Shown in pieces: positions 19,246 to 28,336 of a DNA stretch of 64,000 nt (within the stretch, counting starts at the first letter, position 1; each line of letters opens with the position of its first letter). A program made the position numbers and the translations under genes. The stretch is from Myxococcales bacterium (lineage in GTDB: Bacteria > Myxococcota > UBA727 > JABDBI01): assembly GCA_023248595.1 (NCBI GenBank), contig JAHFEG010000009.1, positions 7,739 to 71,738 of the forward strand, given 5' to 3'. The notes under the pieces are model-generated. The model was not told where the DNA came from. It did no database searches and was given only the letters and a program-made list of their open reading frames with translations.

Positions 19246-22200
19246 ATGTCGGACAATGCCATGGTTCAAAATAGCCACACCGAAAATACTTCTCCCTTAA
19301 TGCTAAACAATAAAATTCGTTTTGTGACGGCGGCATCCCTCTTTGATGGGCATGATGCTGCTATTCATATCATGCGGCGCATTTTGCAAAGCGAGGGTGC
19401 CGAGGTCATTCATCTTGGACATAATCGTTCCGTTCAAGAAGTTGTGGACGCTGCTATTCAAGAAGATGCCCAGGGGATTGCCATTTCAAGTTATCAAGGA
19501 GGGCATATTGAATATTTTACTTATGTATTGGAGCTGCTCAAAAAAAATGGTGCCAGCCATATAAAAGTTTTTGGCGGCGGTGGTGGCGTCATTGTTCCTG
19601 AAGAAATTGAATTACTGCATGCTCGCGGTGTTACACGCGTTTTTTCACCGCATGATGGGCAGAGTATGGGGTTGGTAGGCATGATCCACTTTATGCTGCA
19701 AACTTGTGATCACTTGCCAGGAGAACTTGTCTCGTCGCTGCCAAGCTCTTTAAGTCCAAGTGATGTGAATTTTATTGCCAGAGGCATCACGACTCTTGAA
19801 ATTGACCAAGAAGAAAATACGGTAGCTGAATTTAAGAATGCAGCCGAATCTCTTAAAGAAAATATTCAAAAACGTCTGCAAGAAAAAAGTTTTTGTCCCG
19901 TCATTGGCATTACTGGCACTGGCGGTGCAGGTAAAAGTTCCCTGATCGATGAAACCTTGTTGCGCTTTCTAAGTGTATTTCCAGAAAAACGAATCGCTGT
20001 TTTAAGTGTCGATCCAACACGTAAACGGACAGGTGGTGCATTGCTTGGCGATCGTATTCGAATGAATTCAGCGCGAGACGCGCGGGTTTATATTCGTTCT
20101 ATGGCCACCAGGCGGGCAAACTTAAGTACCAGCGCGACCGTAAAAGATGCGCTTTCCTTGTTAAAAGTTTCTAATTACGACGTGGTGATTTTAGAAACTG
20201 CTGGTATTGGCCAAAGCGACAGCGAAGTCACAGAGCTTGCGGATATTTGCGTGTACGTCATGACGCCAGAATATGGCGCTTCTTCTCAGCTTGAAAAAAT
20301 CGATATGTTGGACTTCGCTGATCTGGTTGCTATTAACAAATTTGATAAGCGCGGCGCACTTGATGCTTTGCGCGATGTTCGAAAAACATATCAGCGTAAC
20401 CACAAATTATTTGATCAAGATGTCTCTACGATGCCTGTTTTTGCGACGAGCGCCCATCAATTTAACGATCAAGGCACCAATCGATTTTTCAATGCGCTCT
20501 TTCAGTTGGTTGGCCAACGTTCACCCAATAATAATGGCTGGAATTTTGAGAAATTACCTGAAGGCGATCCAGAGATTCACCCCATCATCCCTGCAGTTCG
20601 CGCACGTTATTTAAGTGAAATATCCAATCAGATTCGCTCTTATCATGACCATCTCGACAATGAAGCCGAAGCTGCCGATAAGGCACAAGCTTGTTCCATT
20701 GCGCTTTCAGAAATGCATGCGAGAAAACACGGCGATAAGGCCATGAAAATCCTCAACGAGTTGGCCACTGAATTAACCCAAAATTTAAATGCCGAGACAA
20801 AAAGAAATATCGAACAATTTAACCAGTTTCACACTCATTATGAAAGTAAAACCCACAAGTATGTTGTTCGGGGGAAAACGGTTGAAGTCAATAATTTTGA
20901 AACCTCGCTAAGTCATCAACCTATCCCTAAAATCGCTCTACCCCATTTAAAAAGCTGGGGTGACCAACTTCGTTTTATGCAGCTGGAAAACTTGCCAGGC
21001 TATTTTCCTTATACTGCTGGTGTATTTCCATTTAAGCGACAAGGCGAAGATCCGGCGCGTATGTTTGCTGGTGAAGGCATGCCCGAACGCACCAACAAGC
21101 GATTTCACTATTTATCTTTAGACCAAAGCGCCAAGCGCTTATCAACAGCTTTTGATTCCACCACACTTTATGGCGCAGATCCAGACTTGCGTCCTGATAT
21201 TTACGGAAAAATTGGTAATGCCGGTGTTTCAGTTTGTTCATTAGACGACGCCAAGCGTCTTTATTCTGGATTTGATTTGTGTTCGCCGAGCACTTCAGTA
21301 TCCATGACGATTAATGGCCCAGCTCCGACCGTTTTAGCTTTTTTTCTAAACGCTGCCATTGATGCAGCCTGTGAGCGCGAATTAAAAGCAAGTGGACAAT
21401 GGGAAGAGAGTGAAGAAAAAATATTTGAATGGTTCGCACTTCGTGGCGTTGGTCGACCTATTTATCGTGCACAAGATTTGCCACAAGGTCATGACGGAAT
21501 GGGCCTTGGCTTTTTAGGTCTACCCGCTGATTTGATCGTAGATACAAAATTTTATAACAAAATAAAAAAAGAAGTTTTAGAGGCAATTCGCGGGACTGTG
21601 CAGGCTGACATCCTAAAAGAAGATCAAGCACAAAACACGTGTATTTTTTCCACTGAATTTGCATTGCGCATGATGGGCGATGTGCAACAATATTTCATAG
21701 AAAATAATGTTCATAATTTTTATAGCGTCAGCATTAGTGGCTATCATATTGCTGAGGCAGGCGCTAATCCTATTACGCAGTTGGCTTTAACCTTGGCGAA
21801 TGGTTTTACGCTGGTTGAGTACTATCGCGCGCGCGGCATGGATATTAATGCTTTTGCTTCCAACTTAAGTTTCTTTTTTTCCAATGGGCTAGACCCTGAA
21901 TACAGCGTTATTGGACGAGTTGCTCGTCGTATTTGGGCAATTGCGATGCGTGACCTATATCAAGCCGACGATCTTAGCCAAAAGCTCAAATATCATATCC
22001 AAACATCTGGTCGCTCTTTGCACGCACAAGAAATTAATTTCAACGATATTCGCACCACTCTGCAGGCCTTGTACGCTATCATGGATAATTGCAATTCGCT
22101 GCATACCAATGCTTACGATGAAGCCATCACCACACCGACCGAAGAATCCGTGCGTAGAGCGCTTGCGATCCAACTAATTATTTATCGAGAACTGGGCCTC

Positions 22201-22689
22201 ACTAAAAATGAAAATCCTTGGCAAGGCAGTTATTTCATTGAATATATGACCAATTTAGTCGAGGAGGCCGTGTTAAAAGAATTTGAAGCCCTCGATTCTA
22301 GGGGCGGTGTTCTTGGTGCCATGGAAACAATGTATCAACGTAGTAAAATCCAAGAAGAAAGCATGTACTATGAAAATAAAAAAATGAACGGCGAGCTTCC
22401 TATCATCGGTGTAAACACATTTTTAAATGATCAGAAAAACCAAGAGCCAGCCAAAACTGAACTCATCCGTTCCACCGCAGAAGAGAAAGATTGGCAGGTC
22501 GAACAAGTAAAAGAGCTGGCAAAACTTTGGGAAAAGGAAAGTGCACAAGCAATCGAGGCTTTGAAAAAAACAGCGTTCTTGGGCCAAAATATTTTTACAG
22601 AGCTCATGGAGGCCAGCAAATATTGCACCCTGGGTGTCATCACTGAAGCACTCTATGAAGTTGGCGGTGCCTACCGAAGAGGAATGTAA
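19246..22689 (+). CDS. icmF: Fused isobutyryl-CoA mutase/MeaB-like GTPase
   Basis: B12-binding DGHDAA, P-loop GTGGAGKSS, ETAGIGQ, mutase RLSTAFDS, GTVQADILKEDQAQN, YHIQTSGRSLH. Confidence 0.96.
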   Translation: MSDNAMVQNSHTENTSPLMLNNKIRFVTAASLFDGHDAAIHIMRRILQSEGAEVIHLGHNRSVQEVVDAAIQEDAQGIAISSYQGGHIEYFTYVLELLKKNGASHIKVFGGGGGVIVPEEIELLHARGVTRVFSPHDGQSMGLVGMIHFMLQTCDHLPGELVSSLPSSLSPSDVNFIARGITTLEIDQEENTVAEFKNAAESLKENIQKRLQEKSFCPVIGITGTGGAGKSSLIDETLLRFLSVFPEKRIAVLSVDPTRKRTGGALLGDRIRMNSARDARVYIRSMATRRANLSTSATVKDALSLLKVSNYDVVILETAGIGQSDSEVTELADICVYVMTPEYGASSQLEKIDMLDFADLVAINKFDKRGALDALRDVRKTYQRNHKLFDQDVSTMPVFATSAHQFNDQGTNRFFNALFQLVGQRSPNNNGWNFEKLPEGDPEIHPIIPAVRARYLSEISNQIRSYHDHLDNEAEAADKAQACSIALSEMHARKHGDKAMKILNELATELTQNLNAETKRNIEQFNQFHTHYESKTHKYVVRGKTVEVNNFETSLSHQPIPKIALPHLKSWGDQLRFMQLENLPGYFPYTAGVFPFKRQGEDPARMFAGEGMPERTNKRFHYLSLDQSAKRLSTAFDSTTLYGADPDLRPDIYGKIGNAGVSVCSLDDAKRLYSGFDLCSPSTSVSMTINGPAPTVLAFFLNAAIDAACERELKASGQWEESEEKIFEWFALRGVGRPIYRAQDLPQGHDGMGLGFLGLPADLIVDTKFYNKIKKEVLEAIRGTVQADILKEDQAQNTCIFSTEFALRMMGDVQQYFIENNVHNFYSVSISGYHIAEAGANPITQLALTLANGFTLVEYYRARGMDINAFASNLSFFFSNGLDPEYSVIGRVARRIWAIAMRDLYQADDLSQKLKYHIQTSGRSLHAQEINFNDIRTTLQALYAIMDNCNSLHTNAYDEAITTPTEESVRRALAIQLIIYRELGLTKNENPWQGSYFIEYMTNLVEEAVLKEFEALDSRGGVLGAMETMYQRSKIQEESMYYENKKMNGELPIIGVNTFLNDQKNQEPAKTELIRSTAEEKDWQVEQVKELAKLWEKESAQAIEALKKTAFLGQNIFTELMEASKYCTLGVITEALYEVGGAYRRGM

Positions 22690-22693
22690 TTTT

Positions 22694-23233
22694 ATGTCAA
22701 ATTTTAATCTCGCCCAATTATTAAATCAGTATTTTCCCAAAGACCAAGCTGAAGTGGATTGTAAAAATCGCATGTTGCAATTTTTGCTCAAACATCCTGA
22801 TTGTTTTGAACGTTTCTTGCAGGTAGGCCATTTCACGGCTTCTGCCTGGCTAATCAATCGCTCGGGGCAAAAGGCTTTGTTGATGCATCACAAAAAATTG
22901 AACAATTGGCTTCAACTCGGTGGGCATGCAGACGGCGACACGGATTTGTTGAATGTCGCAATTAAAGAAGCCATTGAAGAGTCGGGCATTGACGACATTG
23001 CGCCTGTGCAAACAACAATTTTTGATATCGACATTCACACTATCCCAGCGAATAAAAAAGATCCTGAACACGAACATTTTGACGTTCGTTTCCTTTTGCG
23101 TGTACAAAGCGGTGTAGATTTTTTGAAAAATGACGAATCAAATGAGCTCAGATGGATCGATAAAAGTGAAGCAAGTTTACCGACGACAGAGGCTTCCATC
23201 CTGCGCATGTTTCATAAATGGTGCTCGCTTTAG
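22694..23233 (+). CDS. NUDIX hydrolase
   Basis: GHFTASA, WLQLGGHADG...AIKEAIEESG, HEHFDVRF. Confidence 0.92.
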   Translation: MSNFNLAQLLNQYFPKDQAEVDCKNRMLQFLLKHPDCFERFLQVGHFTASAWLINRSGQKALLMHHKKLNNWLQLGGHADGDTDLLNVAIKEAIEESGIDDIAPVQTTIFDIDIHTIPANKKDPEHEHFDVRFLLRVQSGVDFLKNDESNELRWIDKSEASLPTTEASILRMFHKWCSL

Positions 23234-23415
23234 AAACCAGGATTACCACAAACAAATTTAAACCCCTCTCTTGCAAACTTGCGGGTGAGGGAGAAGAATC
23301 GACACCGGAAAAATTCCCTAAAACGTTTTGCTAAGTGATTCTTCATTGCCCTGTAACTTATGTTTTCCTCCTGACAAACGAAACAATTTCCTATATTTTT
23401 ATCTGTTTTCGTCAT
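23230..23415 (-). pseudogene. Truncated N-terminal fragment of a Zn-finger (CxxC...H) conserved protein
   Basis: GNCFVCQEENISYRAMKNHLAK, then runs into a palindrome and loses coherence; SD lies in the upstream gene end. Confidence 0.4.
23263..23292. repeat. Degenerate CCCTCTCCCG/CGGGAGAGGG-type REP palindrome
   Basis: ccctctcttgcaa-ac-ttgcgggtgaggg. Confidence 0.45.
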
Positions 23416-23426
23416 TTAAATTTATC

Positions 23427-24470
23427 CTAGTTTCCTTTATTCAGCTTGTCTGTTTCTGTTTGTCTGGAAAATAAGTTTTGAAAATTTCGAGACATGGAAG
23501 CTCCTTCAATCGCTTTGACGGCGATGTCTTGGATCTGCAATGTTGCCTGATTGCTCTTTTGCGTGAGTTGCTCAATCAGCCCATCCTTTTCCTTGATTTT
23601 CATATCCAGCGTCGTAATCATTTGTTTAAGAAGCTTAGTCTCTCCTTCTGTTTCTTTTATCTTGAGATTGGCTTCGTATTGATACTTCGATTGTAATCGT
23701 TCAGCAGTGTTTTTTTCGACTTCTTTGACGGAAGTTTCCAATGTTACCGGAAAGCTTGTAACTTTTTCACGCAAATCAAAGAGCTCAGCCTCGCGCGCTT
23801 TGATGCTGGCTTCTCGTTCAGCGCAGGATTTTTCGAAAACAGTCTTTTTTTCTGTCAATTCATTGTCCAGCGCAAGTTTTTTAAAGGCATATTGATCGGC
23901 ATCTTTCTGGCGTTCAAGTTTAAGTTTGTATTGGTATTCTTCATTCTCACGTAGTCGTTCTTTTTGCGACTTTTCCTGAGTTTCTTTAGATTGTTGTTCA
24001 AGTTGATCTTGTTGTCGTTTCCACGCCTGGCGCTTCTCTGTCATTTCATCGTCAAACAAGGCCCTGCTCTGACTTATTGATTGTTCAAATTCTGTTTTTT
24101 TGACTTTGTTGCCAAGCAGTAAGGCAGCCAGCGAATCAGATTCAGCACGGATTTCATAAAGCTCTGCTAATTCTTTGGTTTCAATTTCAATCGCATTTTG
24201 CAAAATCGTAAATTTCTTTTGTTGCTCAAGTAATTGCTCTGCTAAACCATCGAGTGATTTCATAACCTCCATTTTAAGGGAAGCCAGACCGGAAATAATT
24301 TTATCACTAGAATAGACTGATGCACTTTTTACTGTTTCTTTTTTTTCTTGGAGCTCTTTCTCAACTTTTTTACTAGGCTGACTGGCTTCTTTCGCTTGTT
24401 GAAGCAGTTCTTCATAGGCTCTCAAAATTTCACTTTTGGTATTTTTCTCACTCACCGCAATTTGCGACAT
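23427..24470 (-). CDS. Conserved coiled-coil hypothetical protein
   Basis: GAGGAG SD; KNTKSEILRAYEEL start and IAVKAIEGAS end; E/K/Q-rich heptads. Confidence 0.8.
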   Translation of the reverse strand: MSQIAVSEKNTKSEILRAYEELLQQAKEASQPSKKVEKELQEKKETVKSASVYSSDKIISGLASLKMEVMKSLDGLAEQLLEQQKKFTILQNAIEIETKELAELYEIRAESDSLAALLLGNKVKKTEFEQSISQSRALFDDEMTEKRQAWKRQQDQLEQQSKETQEKSQKERLRENEEYQYKLKLERQKDADQYAFKKLALDNELTEKKTVFEKSCAEREASIKAREAELFDLREKVTSFPVTLETSVKEVEKNTAERLQSKYQYEANLKIKETEGETKLLKQMITTLDMKIKEKDGLIEQLTQKSNQATLQIQDIAVKAIEGASMSRNFQNLFSRQTETDKLNKGN

Positions 24471-24617
24471 AATTTCGCTCCTCTAAAAAGAATTAAATTT
24501 GTCTTCTTTTGCCACGGTGCGGCTTGCAGTCAATGGAGCACCTATTTTGTATTAGCTCAGGAATTTTGCGGCAAAGGCCTGTGAGAAAATATGAGCATTT
24601 CATTGGTCATGGTTTGA

Positions 24618-25013
24618 TTAAAGCAAAGTAAAATTAGCCAAAGATTTTGTTGCCTGGTCGAAAGAAAACGTCGTTTTACAACCGGCCAGTTCGTTTTTCA
24701 TACCAATCAGAACGTCTGCAAAATCAGCCTTACGATCTTTAAAATCTTTCACGGCGCGCAAGGCAACCGCTTTATCTTCAAAAGCAAAGTGTTTCGTGTA
24801 AAGAATTTTCTCCATCACATCAATAATATCTGTTTTTTGCAATTTGTATGCGCGCGACAAAACCCACCAAGTTTCACACAAGACAATATGATTAATATAA
24901 AGCGGCTGCTCGTCACGGCATGCTTTCTCAATGCGGACATTGGCAATTTTGCTTTGTGCCGGATCATCTTGCACGATGAAGCGAATCAATACATTCGTAT
25001 CAAGCCCAATCAT
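24618..25013 (-). CDS. vapC: VapC/PIN-domain toxin
   Basis: MIGLDTNVLIR, VLCE, ADFAD, TFSFD; start overlaps antitoxin stop. Confidence 0.93.
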   Translation of the reverse strand: MIGLDTNVLIRFIVQDDPAQSKIANVRIEKACRDEQPLYINHIVLCETWWVLSRAYKLQKTDIIDVMEKILYTKHFAFEDKAVALRAVKDFKDRKADFADVLIGMKNELAGCKTTFSFDQATKSLANFTLL

Positions 25014-25258
25014 CGTTTTGCCCCAGTAGCACCCTTCACAATGGCATCTTCCATGTCTTTTATGCTCACGGCCTTCGAAATTTTAGACTTCAAAATACCT
25101 TTTAATTGCATCACATTAATTGTTGCTGCATGAATGGTGACAGTTCCATTTTTTTCCACCACATAGTCTATCTGGTCACCAGGATAGAGATGCAAATAGT
25201 CTCTGATCTCTTTCGGTATGGTAACCTGACCTTTACTGGTAAGTGTAGCGCTTGCCAT
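25010..25258 (-). CDS. vapB: AbrB/MazE/SpoVT-type antitoxin (VapB)
   Basis: ATLTSKGQVTIPKEIRDYL. Confidence 0.92.
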   Translation of the reverse strand: MASATLTSKGQVTIPKEIRDYLHLYPGDQIDYVVEKNGTVTIHAATINVMQLKGILKSKISKAVSIKDMEDAIVKGATGAKR

Positions 25259-25261
25259 ATT

Positions 25262-25324
25262 TTTCCTTACTTTTACAGCATTCCTTACTTTGTTGTAATG
25301 TGATCGCTGGCAAAAGTAAAGAAA
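25262..25324 (-). promoter_or_regulatory. Probable vapBC autoregulatory operator repeats
   Basis: TTCCTTACTTT at 25263 and 25281, with an inverted AAAAGTAAAGAA at about 25312. Confidence 0.5.
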
Positions 25325-25465
25325 GCTTACATTAAAATTGATTGGTTTTCAGTAAAAGATCGCTCTTACTAAAATCGGATTCATTTAAAACCTTTGTTCA
25401 AATACTCGGGGTGCTCTGCATTCAAGTGGTCTTGGTGCAGAGCAATCGAGTTTGTGATGTTCTAC

Positions 25466-26332
25466 TTATAATATCAATGGCTGAATCTCTTTCTGAAGCG
25501 CGGCAATTGCTGTTCGAATCAAAGTGTTTTTCTCAGAATCGCCGAGTATTTTGCGATACGCGTGCATGATGGTCGTATGATCCCGTCGTCCAAAATGCTT
25601 ACCAATCTCGCTAAAGCTCATACAAAGATGCTTGCGAACCAAATAAATCGCAATCTGTCTCGGCAATGAAATTGCTTGTGTCCGCAAAGCTGATTTGAGA
25701 TCTTCGCTTTGCATTCCAAAATGCAGCGCAACAGCATGTTTGATAATATTGACGGGGGCCTGTCTTATAAGAGTTTGAGTGGCAGGAGCATGATTCTGGA
25801 AATGGGCATCGAGTTTGTCGAACCTCTGTTTGAACATGTTCTCCAAAGACTCAAGCCTTGGTGATAAATCAGGCTGGAAGTTTTTTTGTTCGTTTCGAAG
25901 CTGAACGAAAATTCTCATGATTTCGATGTTGACCTGAATAGCTCGCTGACTATGGAGCACAGAGGAAAGCATCGCGACTCCAAGCTCAGTAAAAGCCATG
26001 GGTGTGTAACGACTTCCGCCATGCCCGCCCGACTCGCGTTCTACATTTGAGGTGCCAATTTGTGACCTCAAAAATGGCCTGGCGTCTACCTCATAAAAGT
26101 TTTCCACACTTGAGGTCACAATTTGTGACCTCAAGATTTCAAGCTCGTGCTTTGTTGGCTCGAACATGAAATCTTCCGGGAATCGTTCAATATTTCTTTT
26201 AACCGCTTGCTTTAAAACCTTTGTTTCAACCTCGTAAATCTCTGCCAAGTCGCGGTCCAACATGACCTGACTTACTCGTAGCGTGTAGATTCGTTTGCTG
26301 ACTTCGCTTGTTGCTATTTCTTTTTTTGCCAT
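25466..26332 (-). CDS. ORF6N-domain protein fused to a C-terminal DnaA domain IV-like HTH
   Basis: VMLDRDLAEIYEVETKVLKQAVKRNIERFPEDFMF, PMAFTELGVAMLSSVL (ORF6N); LPRQIAIYL...SFSEIGKHFGRRDHTTIMHA (DnaA_C). Confidence 0.88.
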   Translation of the reverse strand: MAKKEIATSEVSKRIYTLRVSQVMLDRDLAEIYEVETKVLKQAVKRNIERFPEDFMFEPTKHELEILRSQIVTSSVENFYEVDARPFLRSQIGTSNVERESGGHGGSRYTPMAFTELGVAMLSSVLHSQRAIQVNIEIMRIFVQLRNEQKNFQPDLSPRLESLENMFKQRFDKLDAHFQNHAPATQTLIRQAPVNIIKHAVALHFGMQSEDLKSALRTQAISLPRQIAIYLVRKHLCMSFSEIGKHFGRRDHTTIMHAYRKILGDSEKNTLIRTAIAALQKEIQPLIL

Positions 26333-26518
26333 GATGCTCTCCATTTGGAGAACCGCTTCATTTGACAACCTGAGGTCTGTGCCATACTTGAGGCACAGAC
26401 CTTAACTGGTTGCCGTTCGCGCTACTTTTTCTAGGGGAAGCGCGCGCGGCTCTTATGTTTTAGGCATGCAAAATCGCATGCATGCATCAGCCTAAATCAA
26501 GCGCTCAGAAAAAAGCAA
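26333..26518 (-). promoter_or_regulatory. Sigma70 promoter plus structured leader with the architecture of 16021-16235 and 34465-34668
   Basis: TTGCTT (26518-13), 18 nt, TAGGCT (26494-89); GCCG..CGGC hairpin 26412-50; AGGTCTGTGCC/GGCACAGACCT hairpin; TTGTCAA; SD-sequestering TTCTCC/GGAGAG stem. Confidence 0.55.
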
Positions 26519-26523
26519 TCCGT

Positions 26524-26952
26524 CTATCTTGGTTTGTTTTTTAACAAGGCCTCAACAGTGAGGACATCGTTTAAATCTTTTTCTCTGGCCATTTTGCGTT
26601 TGTAGTACAAAACGTGTTCGAGTGACTCAAAGGGCAAGCCGTCAATCATTTCTGCTGCGGCAATTCGTTCAGCAATCGAAGGTGCATCTTGAAAATTTTC
26701 CTCTAAATTAAAAGATCCTTCTCGAAATGCTTCAATGTTCTCGCCAGCAAATACAATTTTATCGACAGCGTCGGTAACAGTGACGCCATATTTTTCTGCA
26801 AGTTCGTCCCAAAGTTTTTGGGTTACAATGATATCGATGTCGCCTATTTCTCTTAAACCACGAATTCCTAAAGGACCACTACCCGTGATGGCATATTGAT
26901 CCACGGGGAGGTTGTACTTCTTTAAAGCTTCAAATTTTGCTGAGTTGTGCAT
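26524..26952 (-). CDS. Hypothetical protein, nucleotidyltransferase-like (Pol-beta GS..DxD)
   Basis: ITGSGPLGIRGLREIGDIDIIV; REKDLND C-terminal helix. Confidence 0.6.
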   Translation of the reverse strand: MHNSAKFEALKKYNLPVDQYAITGSGPLGIRGLREIGDIDIIVTQKLWDELAEKYGVTVTDAVDKIVFAGENIEAFREGSFNLEENFQDAPSIAERIAAAEMIDGLPFESLEHVLYYKRKMAREKDLNDVLTVEALLKNKPR

Positions 26953-26955
26953 AAA

Positions 26956-27031
26956 TGGAGCCGACAGCCAGAATCGAACTGGCGACCTACTGTTTACGAA
27001 ACAGTTGCTCTACCAACTGAGCTATGTCGGC
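26956..27031 (-). tRNA. tRNA-Thr(CGT)
   Basis: Reverse complement GCCGACATAGCTCAGTTGGTAGAGC-ACTGT-TTCGTAA-ACAGT...GTTCGATTC...GTCGGCTCCA. Confidence 0.97.
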
Positions 27032-27174
27032 AATCGGCTGTGAAGGTGTATAAAATCACGCGGTCTGTCAATCCCAATGCCCCGTAGTATTTTCATGCCG
27101 CATCGGTTAATCGGTTGTTTTTTAAATTCGCGATTGCTAATACAACTCACCGTTCCAATACGCGAGGGAAAACC

Positions 27175-28335
27175 ATGAGAACACATGCACATCTATTTAC
27201 CAGTGAATCTGTAACTGAGGGACACCCTGACAAAATGGCCGATCAGGTTTCTGACGCCGTTTTAGATGCTTTGCTCAAGGTGGATCGCAACTCAAGATGC
27301 GCGGTCGAAACATTATTTAAGACTGGTGTTTGCATTGTCGCTGGTGAAGTCAGAACCAATGCCTGGGTCGACGTCCCTTCTGTGGTACGCAATACCATCA
27401 AAAAAATTGGATACACCTCGTCGGACACAGGATTCGATGGTTTTACTTGCGGCGTTTTAGTAGCCATTGAAGGGCAATCAAGTGATATTGCTATGGGCGT
27501 AGATGCCTCAGATGGCAAAGAGCAAGGCGCGGGTGATCAAGGCATGATGTTTGGCTATGCTTGCGACGAGACTGACGAATTAATGCCCACACCAATTGCC
27601 TATGCTCATCGCTTAGCACGTCGTTTGGCACAAGTGCGGCATGAGAAAATTTTGCCATGGGTAAGGCCCGACGGTAAAAGCCAAGTGACTGTTGCCTATG
27701 AAAATGGCCGGCCTGTTGGTATCGACACCGTTGTGATTTCCACACAGCATACACCGGATATTGCCATCGGCGCTTTGCGTGAAGCGGTCATCGAAGAGGT
27801 TGTGAAAAAAGTTGTGCCTGCATCTTTGATGATGCCCAAGATTCGTTACCACATTAATCCAACGGGGCAGTTTATCATCGGCGGTCCCATGGGCGACACC
27901 GGTGTTACTGGTCGTAAAATTATTGTAGATACTTACGGCGGTATGGGTCGACACGGTGGCGGTGCTTTTTCAGGGAAAGATCCATCGAAAGTGGATCGCT
28001 CAGCTGCTTACATGGCGCGATATGTCGCTAAAAACATTGTAGCCGCAGGATTGGCAAAACGTTGCGAAGTTCAATTGGCCTATGCCATTGGTGTCGCTGA
28101 ACCTGTTAGTATTATGGTGGAAACTTTTGGCACATCCCAGGTGGACGATGAGAAACTTGAGCGCGCGGTTCGGGAAGTATTTCCTTTGACGCCAGCCGGA
28201 TTGGTTGAACATTTGCAATTGCTGAGGCCAATCTATGAACAGACGGCGGCGTATGGTCATTTTGGCCGCAATGAAGATACCTTTACGTGGGAAAAAACTG
28301 ACATGACCGACAAGTTGCGTGCCAAGCTTGCATAA
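27175..28335 (+). CDS. metK: S-adenosylmethionine synthetase
   Basis: [35 protein letters not shown]. Confidence 0.98.
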   Translation: MRTHAHLFTSESVTEGHPDKMADQVSDAVLDALLKVDRNSRCAVETLFKTGVCIVAGEVRTNAWVDVPSVVRNTIKKIGYTSSDTGFDGFTCGVLVAIEGQSSDIAMGVDASDGKEQGAGDQGMMFGYACDETDELMPTPIAYAHRLARRLAQVRHEKILPWVRPDGKSQVTVAYENGRPVGIDTVVISTQHTPDIAIGALREAVIEEVVKKVVPASLMMPKIRYHINPTGQFIIGGPMGDTGVTGRKIIVDTYGGMGRHGGGAFSGKDPSKVDRSAAYMARYVAKNIVAAGLAKRCEVQLAYAIGVAEPVSIMVETFGTSQVDDEKLERAVREVFPLTPAGLVEHLQLLRPIYEQTAAYGHFGRNEDTFTWEKTDMTDKLRAKLA

Positions 28336-28336
28336 A

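Noticed and set aside
24532-24539. AATGGAGC as an att duplicate of the tRNA-Thr 3' end
   Set aside because: Only 8 bp, expected by chance; no integrase nearby.
27032-27174. SAM riboswitch upstream of metK
   Set aside because: No SAM-I/II consensus visible; the short region must also hold divergent promoters.
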